Shown piece by piece: positions 42,334 to 51,833 of a stretch of DNA of 64,000 bases. The translations under genes were made by a program, and so were the position numbers. The notes beneath the pieces were generated by a model. It worked only from the letters and a program-made list of their open reading frames with translations. It searched no databases and was not told the DNA's origin. The DNA is from Minisyncoccota bacterium (GTDB taxonomy: Bacteria; Patescibacteriota; Minisyncoccia; Phycocordibacterales; SBAW01). The stretch lies in assembly GCA_035546615.1 (NCBI GenBank), contig DASZWM010000006.1:32001-96000 (forward strand), given 5' to 3'. Numbering within the stretch: position 1 is the first letter of the stretch; each line of letters opens with the position of its first letter.

Positions 42334-43224
42334 ATGTCACTTTCCGTTCTGGGCAAGCGGCTTTCAGCCATTGCCTTCGCGTTCGTCATTATAGGCTTCC
42401 TGGCGGGCGCCCAGACTGCTTCCGCCCATACCGCCACCATCGACGGCGGCACGCACGTAGACGCCACACCAGGCCAGACGATACACGTCTCGGTCGACAG
42501 CAATCTCGACTCGGGTGCGGGTGTAAAGGGTATCAATTGGTGGTTCGACGGGAGCGCGCCTACTTGCGCGGACGTTACCGACTTCACCAATACCAATCCT
42601 TATCATGTGCACCAGGCTGTCACGACTACCTTCGATGTGACCGCTCCGACGGAGCCGGGTACGCACTCCTTCTACTACCAGATAACGTACTCCGACGACT
42701 GCGCTACCTTACAGGGCTCGGATCAGGACAACGGCCTTACGGTTACCATCCCGGAGCCGCCGCCTGTGCCTACCTGCACCGATACGCAAGTGCTCGATAC
42801 TTCGAACAATACGTGCGTAGATTTGAAACCCGCCCATCACCGCAGCAGCCGCGGCGGCACGACCAACCCGAATAACGGCGGAGGACAGGTGCTCGGCGCA
42901 GAGACCGAGACGCCGTCGGAGGGCGAGCAGTGCTCGACCGCGCTCCTTTCCACCTATATGCGCATGGGGCAGCCGAACGATTTGGCGGAGGTCGCCAAGC
43001 TGCAGGTATTCCTCAACGGTGAAATGGGTTCAGACCTTGCAGTAACCGGCGTCTTTGATGCCGCGACCGACGCGTCCGTGCGCGCCTTCCAGGCTAAGTA
43101 CGCCAGCGAGGTGCTCGCGCCCTGGGGCATTACGGAGCCTACCGGCTACGTGTACAAGCTCACCCAGTGGAAGATAAACATGATCAACTGCGCGGGGCTC
43201 AATGCTCCCAAGCCGCAGGTGTAA
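42334..43224 (+). CDS. Secreted protein (296 aa) whose C-terminal ~110 aa are paralogous to the C-terminus of the giant protein.
   Basis: Signal peptide, then the C-terminal GQVLGAETETPSEGEQCSTALLSTYMRMGQPNDLAEVAKLQVFLNGEM...WKINMINCAGLNAPKPQV. This is ~65% identical to residues ~1215-1332 of the upstream protein. A terminator follows at 43248-43275. Confidence 0.6.
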   Translation: MSLSVLGKRLSAIAFAFVIIGFLAGAQTASAHTATIDGGTHVDATPGQTIHVSVDSNLDSGAGVKGINWWFDGSAPTCADVTDFTNTNPYHVHQAVTTTFDVTAPTEPGTHSFYYQITYSDDCATLQGSDQDNGLTVTIPEPPPVPTCTDTQVLDTSNNTCVDLKPAHHRSSRGGTTNPNNGGGQVLGAETETPSEGEQCSTALLSTYMRMGQPNDLAEVAKLQVFLNGEMGSDLAVTGVFDAATDASVRAFQAKYASEVLAPWGITEPTGYVYKLTQWKINMINCAGLNAPKPQV

Positions 43225-43472
43225 GAAAAGACTTCACCCACAGCAGCAAAAAGGCCCCGCATAGGGGCCTTTTTGCTGCCGCGCATGCGCCAAGGGGGCT
43301 CAGTGCCATCCCCGGCGCCGAGCCCCCTTGGCTCATCTCAGTTCTTCGATGTTCATGGTTGCCCTGGTTACTCTCTTGTACAGCCGGCCCCTTGCACGCG
43401 CTTGGAACCGCCCTACACGAGGATAGCAAAGCCGCTTGAACGCAGAATGAATTTCCCAATCCGCGCCTTTGC

Positions 43473-44654
43473 TCAGGCCTCTTCGGAGGCGGAGGGAGGC
43501 GTCTGCTCCGCGCGCCCGTGGGAGAAGTCTATGGACATCTCGCTGCGGACGCCCGGAGGGCTCAGGCGCTCCTCCTGCTGCTCCTTGGTGCGGCCTACCG
43601 GCAGGGAAACGGAAACGGTCGTGCCGTGGGTGCGGGCGCTTTCGATGCTTATCTTGCCGTGATGGCCGCGCACTATCTCGCTGACTATGGCGAGCCCGAG
43701 GCCGGAGCCGCCGTGGCGTATGTTGCGCACGCGGGAGGTGTCGGCGCGGTAGAACGGCTCGAATATGTGGGCCAGGTCCTTCTGCGATATGCCGATGCCG
43801 TTGTCGGAAACCGAGAAGATGATAGAGCCCCGGTAGTCGGGCCGGATGAGGATGCTGACGACCCCGCCGGAGCTTTTCTGGGTATAGTTGATGGCGTTCT
43901 TGATGATGTTGCTGACCACCTGCTCAAGCCCCGTGGCGTTGCCCCAGACGACATCGTAGCCCTCCTTGCGGAACGTGAGCTCGATATTGCGCTCGCGCGC
44001 GAGCGCGTCCAGGCGGCCGATGACGGTATCGGCGATGCCGCTAAGCGACACGTTGCTGAGCTGCATGCGCTCGGGGCGGTTCAGGGTATTGAGCGAAAGG
44101 AGATTGTTTATTATCTCGGAAATGCGGTCGAGCTCTCGCACGATGTCGCCCAGCACGTCCTTCGTGGTCGGCGGCAGGCCGTCGTCCATGAGGGCCACCT
44201 CGGTCGAGGTCTTGATGACCGACAGCGGCGTGCGAAGCTCGTGCGCCACGTTGCTGATGAAAAGCTTCTGGTAATGGAGCGTATTACGGGCGGGAAGCAG
44301 CATGTATTTGCTGAACAGGAGCGCGAACACGACGGCCACGCCCACCAGGCTGAAGAACACGAACCATACGCTCGCGCCCTGGATGGAGGCGATGGAGGAG
44401 GTCAGCGGCCCGGAATTGCCGGAGCCGCTCACGATGGCCTGAATGTTCTCTATTATCGAGCGCACGACGGCCTCGTTGGTGTAGTGGAGCGCGAACCAGA
44501 ACAGCGCCACGCAGGCGAGCACCAGGCCCGACAGGAGCAGGGCGATATTGACGCTCGCGCGCAGGAATATGTCAGCTTCGTACTTCTCCCGCCAGACGGT
44601 AGCCCACGCCGCGAACCGTTTCGAATACAGCCTCAGCAGAGTCATCGGTTCCAT
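43473..44654 (-). CDS. Sensor histidine kinase: 2 TM, HisKA and HATPase_c.
   Basis: H-box VAHELRTPLSVI. N, G1 and G2 boxes (IIKNAINYT, SDNGIGIS, GGSGLGLAIV). The track start overlaps the upstream response-regulator gene by ~83 nt. Confidence 0.85.
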   Translation of the reverse strand: MEPMTLLRLYSKRFAAWATVWREKYEADIFLRASVNIALLLSGLVLACVALFWFALHYTNEAVVRSIIENIQAIVSGSGNSGPLTSSIASIQGASVWFVFFSLVGVAVVFALLFSKYMLLPARNTLHYQKLFISNVAHELRTPLSVIKTSTEVALMDDGLPPTTKDVLGDIVRELDRISEIINNLLSLNTLNRPERMQLSNVSLSGIADTVIGRLDALARERNIELTFRKEGYDVVWGNATGLEQVVSNIIKNAINYTQKSSGGVVSILIRPDYRGSIIFSVSDNGIGISQKDLAHIFEPFYRADTSRVRNIRHGGSGLGLAIVSEIVRGHHGKISIESARTHGTTVSVSLPVGRTKEQQEERLSPPGVRSEMSIDFSHGRAEQTPPSASEEA

Positions 44655-45273
44655 GATCGTTTCCTAATTTTTTACGGAGGTTCTTCATATGCACGTCCAA
44701 CACGTTCGACCACGACAGCGCGTTGAAGTCCCACACATGGTCAAAGAGCTTCTCGCGCGAGAGTACCACGCCGGGCTCCCGCATAAAGCACTCCAGCAGG
44801 GAGAATTCCTTCAGGGTAAGCGGTATCTCCTTGCCTTCGCGGCGCACCACGCGGGCCGCCGTGTCCATCTCGAGGGGCCCGACCTTGAGAACGGTCGCCT
44901 GGAGCGTCGTCGGCCGGCGCAGGACGGAATTGATGCGGGCCAGGAGCTCCTCGAATGAGAAGGGCTTCACGATGTAGTCGTCGGCGCCCTTGTTGAGCAG
45001 GTCTACCTTGTGCTCGGTCTCGTTGCGGGCGGTCAGTATGATGATGGGGGTCGTAACGTTCTCCTTGCGGACGGATTCGGTTATCTGCGCGCCGTCCAGG
45101 CCCGGAAGCATGAGATCAAGGAGGATCAGATCATACTCGTTCTTATAGAGAAGGATGCGGTTGCGCGCCTTCTCCGGATCGGATATCCAGTCCACCGCGA
45201 ATCCCTTGAGGGTCAGGCCCTTCTTGAGCGCCTGGGCGAGCTTCTCCTCGTCTTCGACTATGAGTAAGTGCAT
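44572..45273 (-). CDS. OmpR-family response regulator: receiver plus winged-helix DNA-binding domain.
   Basis: Receiver (LLIVEDEEKL...DLILLDLMLPGLDG) and a C-terminal wHTH (TLKEFSLLECFMREPGVVLSREKL...VRGVGYRL). Confidence 0.9.
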   Translation of the reverse strand: MHLLIVEDEEKLAQALKKGLTLKGFAVDWISDPEKARNRILLYKNEYDLILLDLMLPGLDGAQITESVRKENVTTPIIILTARNETEHKVDLLNKGADDYIVKPFSFEELLARINSVLRRPTTLQATVLKVGPLEMDTAARVVRREGKEIPLTLKEFSLLECFMREPGVVLSREKLFDHVWDFNALSWSNVLDVHMKNLRKKLGNDHGTDDSAEAVFETVRGVGYRLAGEVRS

Positions 45274-45579
45274 AGGATTTTCAGATTACATTTGCTAAAA
45301 AACATATATCTGCACTCTCTACAGACCATTACAGTATCATATTGCTTACATGAAGTTTTCAGGAAGAATCTTCATGTTCAACAAAAATCCTTTATTTGCA
45401 ACGTATTTTCAGGCATGCATTAGACGACGCCCGGCTCGCGCTGGCAATCTGTACACCCGGGGCCGGGAATAGTATCTTCTCCGAAGCCGAACGCGCACGA
45501 GCGTAAAGCGGGCCCAAAAGCTCCGGCCGAAAGGCCGGTTCCCAGGGTTTTGGGCCCGCTTTGGATTTGTGCCGCCGGA

Positions 45580-46356
45580 TTATGCAGCCGCTCCCGAACG
45601 GTGCGCCTGCAGGATGTCCTTGATGAGCGCCGCCGTTTCGTCGGGGCCGAAGACCTCATGGGCGTGCACGCCGGTATCTATGACCACCGAGTCGTTGCCG
45701 CCTTCGCTCAGCGCGTCGCCCACGTACAGCATTTCCGACACCGATACGCCGGTCATCTCGACAAGCTGCCTGATACCGTAGGCCTTGTTCACTCCCTTTT
45801 TGGTGATGTCGACGGAGGTGGTGGCGTTGGTGCGGATCTCGAAGTCCGGCAGGCGCCGCATGAGCGCGGCGCGCAGGGGAGCGCGCTTTTCGCCGCTCGG
45901 GTCCCATTTCTGCTTTTCCTCGATGGGCGCCTTCTGGCCGAGGCCGGAGAACGTTATCTGCGCGCCGCGGTCCTCCACCCGCTCGCCCCATACGGGCGAC
46001 GGCTCCTGCGCGAAGCCGGTCTCCTCCATTGATTCCTTGAGCGCCTGCATGATGCGGCCGCGCTCGAACGCGTTGAACGACTTGTCGTACCGGAGCTTCC
46101 AGGCGCCGTCGCGGTAGACGAAGCATTCCGCCGCGTTGGTGGGGAACAGATACAGCTTCTCGAAATGCGCGCTTTCGGGGAACGCCGGGAGCATCTGCGT
46201 CTGGAACTGGGCGAGGCTGGCGCCCGAGAGCACCGCGACCGGCATTTTCTGCAGAAGCTCGGCGAGCAGGGCCCCCATTTCGGGCGACAGGGGCCGCTTG
46301 CTTTCGGCAAGCGTGCCGTCCAGGTCGAAGGCCGCGAGTTTCGGTTTGAAATTCAT
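45580..46356 (-). CDS. HAD-IIB hydrolase resembling eukaryotic-type phosphomannomutase.
   Basis: FDLDGTL motif I, and a C-terminal YVGDALSEGGNDSVVI matching the PMM GNETSPGGNDFEIF region. Confidence 0.6.
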   Translation of the reverse strand: MNFKPKLAAFDLDGTLAESKRPLSPEMGALLAELLQKMPVAVLSGASLAQFQTQMLPAFPESAHFEKLYLFPTNAAECFVYRDGAWKLRYDKSFNAFERGRIMQALKESMEETGFAQEPSPVWGERVEDRGAQITFSGLGQKAPIEEKQKWDPSGEKRAPLRAALMRRLPDFEIRTNATTSVDITKKGVNKAYGIRQLVEMTGVSVSEMLYVGDALSEGGNDSVVIDTGVHAHEVFGPDETAALIKDILQAHRSGAAA

Positions 46357-46359
46357 GGC

Positions 46360-48261
46360 TTAGTTGAGATTGTCCGGCAGGAGGATCTTCAAAAGCTTCT
46401 TAAGCGATACTTTCGCGACCCCGAGCACCGTGTCGGCGCCGCCGTAGTAGATGAAGATCGTGTCGCCCCGCAGGACCGAGCCGCAGGAGAACACCGCGTT
46501 GCGCACCAGGCCCACGCGCTCGTACTCCTCCATCGGCTCGAATATGGTGTCGACGCTGCGGGAGAGTATTACCGAAGGAGTCGCGAGATCAAGCAGGACG
46601 GCGCCGAGCCGGTAGGTCGAGGTCTTTGATACGCCGTGGTAGATAAGGAGCCAGCCCTTGGGGGTTTTCATGGGCGGGCCGGCGATGCCTATCTTCTGGC
46701 TGTCCCACATGCCCTGGCGCGGGCCCATCATCTCGATGCAGCGCGTAAGCCGGCTCTTCTTGAAGTCGAGGCTGTCGAGGAAGTCCGCGCACATCTGCGG
46801 GTCGATGCGGTGCATGAGCATGTACTGGCCGCCTATGGTCTCAGGCAGGATGCAGGTGTCCTTGTCCTGTACCGGGTCGGGGGTAATAAGCTGGGGCGGC
46901 GACCACTTTTCCCATTTGTGCGCCGTAAAATCCTTGACCGAAATGCTCGAAAGCGCCGCGCGCCACGGGTTCTGGCCGTCGAAGGCCGTATAGACCATAT
47001 ATATAGTGTCGTCGATGCGGGTGAGCCGCGGGTCCTCGCATCCGCGCGATTCGAAGTCCGCCCGCGGCTGGTAGATGGGGATGTCGGAGCGCTCGGTTAT
47101 CTTGATGCCGTTCTTCGTAGCGGCGTAGCCCATGCGCGAAACGCCGTCCTCGCCCTGCGCCCGGTAGACCAGGTGTATGGTGCCGTCGATATCTATCGCG
47201 GCGGAATTGAAGACCGCCTTGCTCTCCCACGGATGCTCCGGAACGGGCCTCAATATCGGATTTTCCTTGGCGCGCACCGCAAGCTCCACCCGGCGGGAGG
47301 GGACCATCGCCGACAGGAGGTCGCTGAGGCTCAGCGACGCCCGCGCGCAGACGGTATCGGCGCCGCCGTAGTAGATGTCCACGCGGCCGTTCTTCTGGAG
47401 CATTGCGCCGGTGGGGAAGACGATGTTGGGCGCCACGCCATAGCGCTCGTAAATTTCCTCCGGCACCATGATGGGGCCCTTGGTTCGTCCGGCTATCGTG
47501 CGGGGGTCCGCGAGGTCAAGCAGGAGCGCCTCGATGCCGAACACCCGCTCGCCCCCGCCGAAGTAGTTCTGGATATAGGAGTAGAACATGAGCCAGCCGT
47601 CCTTCGTCTTGATGGGCGCCGAGCCCACCTCGACATGGTCGTGGTCGAAGCGCAGGGGGTTTATCGTATGCTCGCCTATTTCCGCGTGCCACTTCTCCCA
47701 GAACGAGAGGTCCCACAGCTCCTCCATCCTGTCGCACTGGACGATGGCTATCTTGGCGGGCGGCTCGTCGGTGTGCGCCGTTACGATAAGCGTTATCTTG
47801 CCGTTCACGCGCTCGGGGAAGAGCGCCATTGCCTTCGCGTTGAAGGGCGTCACCAAATGCTTCTCCTCGACGGTCTCCAAATCGTTGGAGATCGCCACCG
47901 CGACCTTGATATTGCCCGGGCCGAACGGCTGGCCGCCGAGAGCGGTGTAGAAAATGTAATATTTGCCTTCGAAGTACGTGACGCGCGGGTCCTCGCAGCC
48001 GTATTTTTCCCACACTTCGGTGGGGATGATGAATTGCCGGCGGTTCTGGAAGTGCTTGCCGTCAAGGGACAAGGCTTTCCCGATGGTCGAGAGTCCTGCG
48101 GGCGTCATGAGCGCGTCGGGGCGGCCCAAAGCGCGGTACAGAACGTGCGTTATTGTGCCGACTTTGACCGGGCTCGGATTGAAGGTGCCGCGCGCCTCCC
48201 AATGGCGGTCGGCCATGGGCGCGATGATGGGGTTATGCGAGCTGCGCTTGATAACGTACAT
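46360..48261 (-). CDS. Tandem double GH130-family (beta-mannoside phosphorylase-like, DUF377) protein.
   Basis: Two repeats of the GH130 pattern: NPIIAP...WEARGTFNPSPV...GCEDPRVTYFEGKYYIFYTA, and again NPILRPVPEHPWESKAVFNSAAI...GCEDPRLTRIDDTIYMVYTA. Confidence 0.7.
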   Translation of the reverse strand: MYVIKRSSHNPIIAPMADRHWEARGTFNPSPVKVGTITHVLYRALGRPDALMTPAGLSTIGKALSLDGKHFQNRRQFIIPTEVWEKYGCEDPRVTYFEGKYYIFYTALGGQPFGPGNIKVAVAISNDLETVEEKHLVTPFNAKAMALFPERVNGKITLIVTAHTDEPPAKIAIVQCDRMEELWDLSFWEKWHAEIGEHTINPLRFDHDHVEVGSAPIKTKDGWLMFYSYIQNYFGGGERVFGIEALLLDLADPRTIAGRTKGPIMVPEEIYERYGVAPNIVFPTGAMLQKNGRVDIYYGGADTVCARASLSLSDLLSAMVPSRRVELAVRAKENPILRPVPEHPWESKAVFNSAAIDIDGTIHLVYRAQGEDGVSRMGYAATKNGIKITERSDIPIYQPRADFESRGCEDPRLTRIDDTIYMVYTAFDGQNPWRAALSSISVKDFTAHKWEKWSPPQLITPDPVQDKDTCILPETIGGQYMLMHRIDPQMCADFLDSLDFKKSRLTRCIEMMGPRQGMWDSQKIGIAGPPMKTPKGWLLIYHGVSKTSTYRLGAVLLDLATPSVILSRSVDTIFEPMEEYERVGLVRNAVFSCGSVLRGDTIFIYYGGADTVLGVAKVSLKKLLKILLPDNLN

Positions 48262-48297
48262 AGTTTCGTGAAGTGATTATACCTTAGCTTCGGCTTC

Positions 48298-49485
48298 CTA
48301 CATTTTTACCGGCTTCAATTTTGCCTGCTCGTGGTTCTTTAATTTGCGCAAAAAGTCGCGCAAGTCGGTTTTGGCCGCAGCGACGTATTTGTCGCCGCCG
48401 CCGTAGTAGACGATAAGGTCCTTCCCGAGCACGACCGCGCCGGAAACATAAATGATGCCGGGCTTCCAGTCGTTCTCGTACCAGGCGTCGGGCGCGAGTA
48501 TCGGCTGCACGGCGCGATAGAGCACCTTTGTCGGGTCGTCGCGGTCAAGCAGCATTGCGCCGAGCTTGTAGCGGTTGGGGTCGTTCTTGTCCATCGCATG
48601 GTAGAGGAGCAGCCAGCCCTCGGAGGTCTTGATAGGCGGGGAAGCGGCGCTGCGGGTCCGGTAGTGCCAGGCGACCGTATGGTCGGGCAGGCGCTGAGGG
48701 TCGGGCGCTTCCTTGGCCGTAGGAGCCTCAGTCATGCTGAGCGTATCCATGAACTTGATATGCACCCGCGCCGGGTCCCCCATATCGAGGTTATGGAAGA
48801 GCGCGAACTTGCCGCCTATCTTCTCCGGGAATAGCACCCAGTTCTTCTGCCGCTCGTTTGGGCGCGAGAGGTAGTCGAAATGGCTCCAGAGGCCGCGCGC
48901 GTGCAGCAGGTTATACTCGTCGGTCGAGGTGAACGCCACGCGCATGGTATCCCAGCCGTTGAACATGTTGAAGGTCATGTAGACGCGGCCCTCGATGACC
49001 ACCGCGCGCGGGTCTTCGCACCCGCCCCAGCCGCCGCCCGAGCCGTAAGAAACCGTGTCGTAGGTGAGCCGCGCGGGGGAGGTGAAGGGGTGGTGGCTGC
49101 GGGCTTCCTGATAATTTTCAGCCGAGTAGACCGGCTCGGCACTGCGTTGGTCGAAGTGGATGCCGTCGGCGCTCGAGGCGTAGCCGATGCGCGAAATGCC
49201 GTCGCGACCGAGCGCCCGGTAGAGCACGTGCACGCGGCCGCCGGCCACTATCGCCGCCGGATTGAACACCGCCTCCGATTCCCACCAGTGCTCGGGCACG
49301 GGCTTGAGCACCGGGTTCTCGTTGAAGCGGCTGAGCCTGATGGGCCGCGCGCTTTCGAAGAACCAGAACGCGATGAGCGCGAAGAATCCAAGGAAGCACG
49401 CGACAAGCGCGATAACGAGCCCCAGGCTTCCGCCTGCGACCCCTATCCCTATAACTGCCGCTCCCAGTGCGTTATCCATGGTCAA
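48298..49485 (-). CDS. GH130-family protein with an N-terminal transmembrane anchor.
   Basis: The hydrophobic N-terminus is followed by NPVLKPVPEHWWESEAVFNPAAI...GCEDPRAVVIEGRVYMTFN...GWLLLYHA. Confidence 0.7.
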   Translation of the reverse strand: MTMDNALGAAVIGIGVAGGSLGLVIALVACFLGFFALIAFWFFESARPIRLSRFNENPVLKPVPEHWWESEAVFNPAAIVAGGRVHVLYRALGRDGISRIGYASSADGIHFDQRSAEPVYSAENYQEARSHHPFTSPARLTYDTVSYGSGGGWGGCEDPRAVVIEGRVYMTFNMFNGWDTMRVAFTSTDEYNLLHARGLWSHFDYLSRPNERQKNWVLFPEKIGGKFALFHNLDMGDPARVHIKFMDTLSMTEAPTAKEAPDPQRLPDHTVAWHYRTRSAASPPIKTSEGWLLLYHAMDKNDPNRYKLGAMLLDRDDPTKVLYRAVQPILAPDAWYENDWKPGIIYVSGAVVLGKDLIVYYGGGDKYVAAAKTDLRDFLRKLKNHEQAKLKPVKM

Positions 49486-49503
49486 AATGCGCTCATCCTA
49501 CGT

Positions 49504-49857
49504 TCACGTGCGCCCATACCGGTCCTGAAAGCGCGTGATGTCTTTCTCGTCGAACTCGCCCAGCGCTATTTCCAGAAACACCAGCCCGTGCGGGCCGCCC
49601 GCGACCCGGTGCTTTACGCCGCGGCTTACGAAGAAATCCTCTCCCGGCTTCACGGCGATTTTTTTGTCGCCGATGACCACCGCGCCCGAGCCGGCGAGGA
49701 TGTGCCATTCCTCGTCGCGATGCTCGTGCGCCTGGAGCGACAGCTCCTCGTTCGGCTTTACCGTGATTATCTTCACCGTCGATTTCTCGTTCAGCGTAAA
49801 GCGCTCGAACTGCCCCCACGGGCGAACATCCTTCGCATAATTCGGAAGGCCCTTCAT
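49504..49857 (-). CDS. Cupin-domain protein related to the C-terminal cupin of type II mannose-6-phosphate isomerases.
   Basis: RPWGQFERF...IKIITVKPNEELSLQAHEHRDEEWHILAGSGAVVIGDK. Confidence 0.6.
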   Translation of the reverse strand: MKGLPNYAKDVRPWGQFERFTLNEKSTVKIITVKPNEELSLQAHEHRDEEWHILAGSGAVVIGDKKIAVKPGEDFFVSRGVKHRVAGGPHGLVFLEIALGEFDEKDITRFQDRYGRT

Positions 49858-49912
49858 GCATTCAGTATACGCCCACCGGGCGCTTTCCTTTGCATATATA
49901 GAGTGGAAAACT

Positions 49913-50416
49913 CTACGAAGCGGCCGCGGGAACGATAAGCCCGTCTAAAAGCTTTAGAAAATACTCGTGATGGTTCTCAAAGCCTATTTCCTTGTCGTGC
50001 CAGAAGGGGTGCGCTTCAACGGTATATTCATAGTGCCCCCGCACCTCGCCGTCCTCGAACAGCCTGATGTGGTACTGATGCTTGAAGGTGGGCGAATACC
50101 GCAGGCTGATGACCTCGCCGCGGTCCAGGAGCGCGACGAGCTGCCTGCCGTAGCCTTTGGACACAAGGTGCTCGACCAGCGTCCGCGGCGTGACGTCCGG
50201 CGCCAGCGTCCCCAGCAGGAACCGCTGCCTGCCGTCGGGGCGGTATTTTTCGTACTTGCGCATATAGCCTATATGCGCAAGAAAATTGCGGGCGTACGGG
50301 TGCAGGGGTCTCAGCACGTACCACAGGCAGTATTTCATCCGGTCGGGGAACCCCGCGGGATATACCATCTGCGAGACAGGGATCGTCCTGAGCCAGTGTT
50401 TGAGTGACGCGTCCAT
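49913..50416 (-). CDS. Hypothetical protein, 167 aa.
   Basis: ORF only. It sits upstream of, and on the same strand as, the cupin/GH130/HAD cluster. Confidence 0.35.
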   Translation of the reverse strand: MDASLKHWLRTIPVSQMVYPAGFPDRMKYCLWYVLRPLHPYARNFLAHIGYMRKYEKYRPDGRQRFLLGTLAPDVTPRTLVEHLVSKGYGRQLVALLDRGEVISLRYSPTFKHQYHIRLFEDGEVRGHYEYTVEAHPFWHDKEIGFENHHEYFLKLLDGLIVPAAAS

Positions 50417-50454
50417 GCCGGGGTGCCTTCGGTATTGTGGATTATACTCTATAG

Positions 50455-51057
50455 GTGCCCTCGATAGAAACCATCACGGCGCTGATGCTCGCGTACCGGT
50501 ACCTCATCATCGTGCCGCTGTCCCTGGTGGCGCAGCCGCTTGTCAGCATGATATCGGGGGCGCTGGCGCGCCTGGGATACTTCGACGTCCTCATCCTCTA
50601 CGGCATCGTCGTGGCGACCGCAATCATCGGCGATATCGCCTGGTACTGGATAGGCTACCACTGGGGCGAGCGGTTCGTCCGGCGCTTCGGGCGCTACTTC
50701 AGCATCACGCCCAAGCACGTGCACGGGGTCAAGAAGATATTCAGCCGCTACCACACCTCCATTCTTCTGGTGTCGAAGGTGACCAACGGCGTGGGCCTGG
50801 CGTGGGTAACGCTGTTTACCGCCGGCATGACGCGCATTCCGTTCGGCCGCTACCTGGCGCTCAACATAGCGGGCGAGCTTATCTGGTCGGCCATGACGCT
50901 GTCCGTCGGCTACTTCTTCAGCCACCTCTATATCACGGTCCACGACGTGCTGGGGAAGGTGTTCCTGACGGCGGCCATTGCGCTTGCCGCGGCGCTTATC
51001 ATCGGCTTCTGGATATACGTCCGCCGCCGCATCGCGGCCGAGTTCGAGCAGGCCTAA
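50455..51057 (+). CDS. DedA-family (VTT/SNARE-associated) membrane protein.
   Basis: Characteristic DedA core (GYHWGERFVRRFGRYF...SRYHTSILLVSKVTNGVG...). Confidence 0.8.
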   Translation: MPSIETITALMLAYRYLIIVPLSLVAQPLVSMISGALARLGYFDVLILYGIVVATAIIGDIAWYWIGYHWGERFVRRFGRYFSITPKHVHGVKKIFSRYHTSILLVSKVTNGVGLAWVTLFTAGMTRIPFGRYLALNIAGELIWSAMTLSVGYFFSHLYITVHDVLGKVFLTAAIALAAALIIGFWIYVRRRIAAEFEQA

Positions 51058-51060
51058 AGC

Positions 51061-51831
51061 TTATTTGAGTACGAAAAAGAAGAAGAGAAGCGCCGCGATG
51101 ATACGGTAGACGCCGAAGGGGACGAACGTCCGCGTGCGCACGAACCTGAGCAGGAATTTGATGGAAAAGAGCGCGACGACGAAGGATGTCGCGAAACCGG
51201 CGGCAAGTATCCCGAACTGGTCCGGAGAGAAAGCCGAGGCGTTCTTGAGGAGGTCGAGTCCGGTGGCCGCCAGCATCGTCGGAACCGCCAGCAGGAACGA
51301 GAACTCGACTATCGCCACGCGCGTCAGCCCCAGGCCCAAGCCTCCGATAATGCTGGCGGCCGAGCGCGACACGCCGGGCACTATCGCAACCGACTGGAAT
51401 ACCCCGATCAGCGCCGCCTGGCGCCAGGACATCGCGGATATCTCGCGTACCGCATCCGCTTTCTCGCGGTGGAAGTATTCAAACGCGATGAGAACGACGC
51501 CGCCCAAAAGCATCGCCCACAGCACAACCGTTTCATTTCCGAGCAGATATGTTTTTATGACCTTATAAAGCGCGAGACCGATGAGTCCGGTCGGAAGAAA
51601 GGCTATGGCGACGCGCTTCAATATGCGGACATTTAAGAAAGATCTCCAGTACACCGCCACTACCGACGCGATCGCGCCCAGCTGGATGATTATCTCGAAG
51701 CTCTTTTGAAATTCCGTCTGGCTTAGCCCCAAGAGCGAGCTGGCGAGTATGAGATGCCCGGTCGAGGAGATGGGAAGGAACTCCGTAACGCCCTCGACGG
51801 CGCCCAGAAGGATGCTGTGAAGCGGGGTCAT
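51061..51831 (-). CDS. uppP: Undecaprenyl-diphosphate phosphatase.
   Basis: EFLPISSTGHL signature and PGVSRSAASIIGG motif. Confidence 0.95.
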   Translation of the reverse strand: MTPLHSILLGAVEGVTEFLPISSTGHLILASSLLGLSQTEFQKSFEIIIQLGAIASVVAVYWRSFLNVRILKRVAIAFLPTGLIGLALYKVIKTYLLGNETVVLWAMLLGGVVLIAFEYFHREKADAVREISAMSWRQAALIGVFQSVAIVPGVSRSAASIIGGLGLGLTRVAIVEFSFLLAVPTMLAATGLDLLKNASAFSPDQFGILAAGFATSFVVALFSIKFLLRFVRTRTFVPFGVYRIIAALLFFFFVLK

Positions 51832-51833
51832 GT

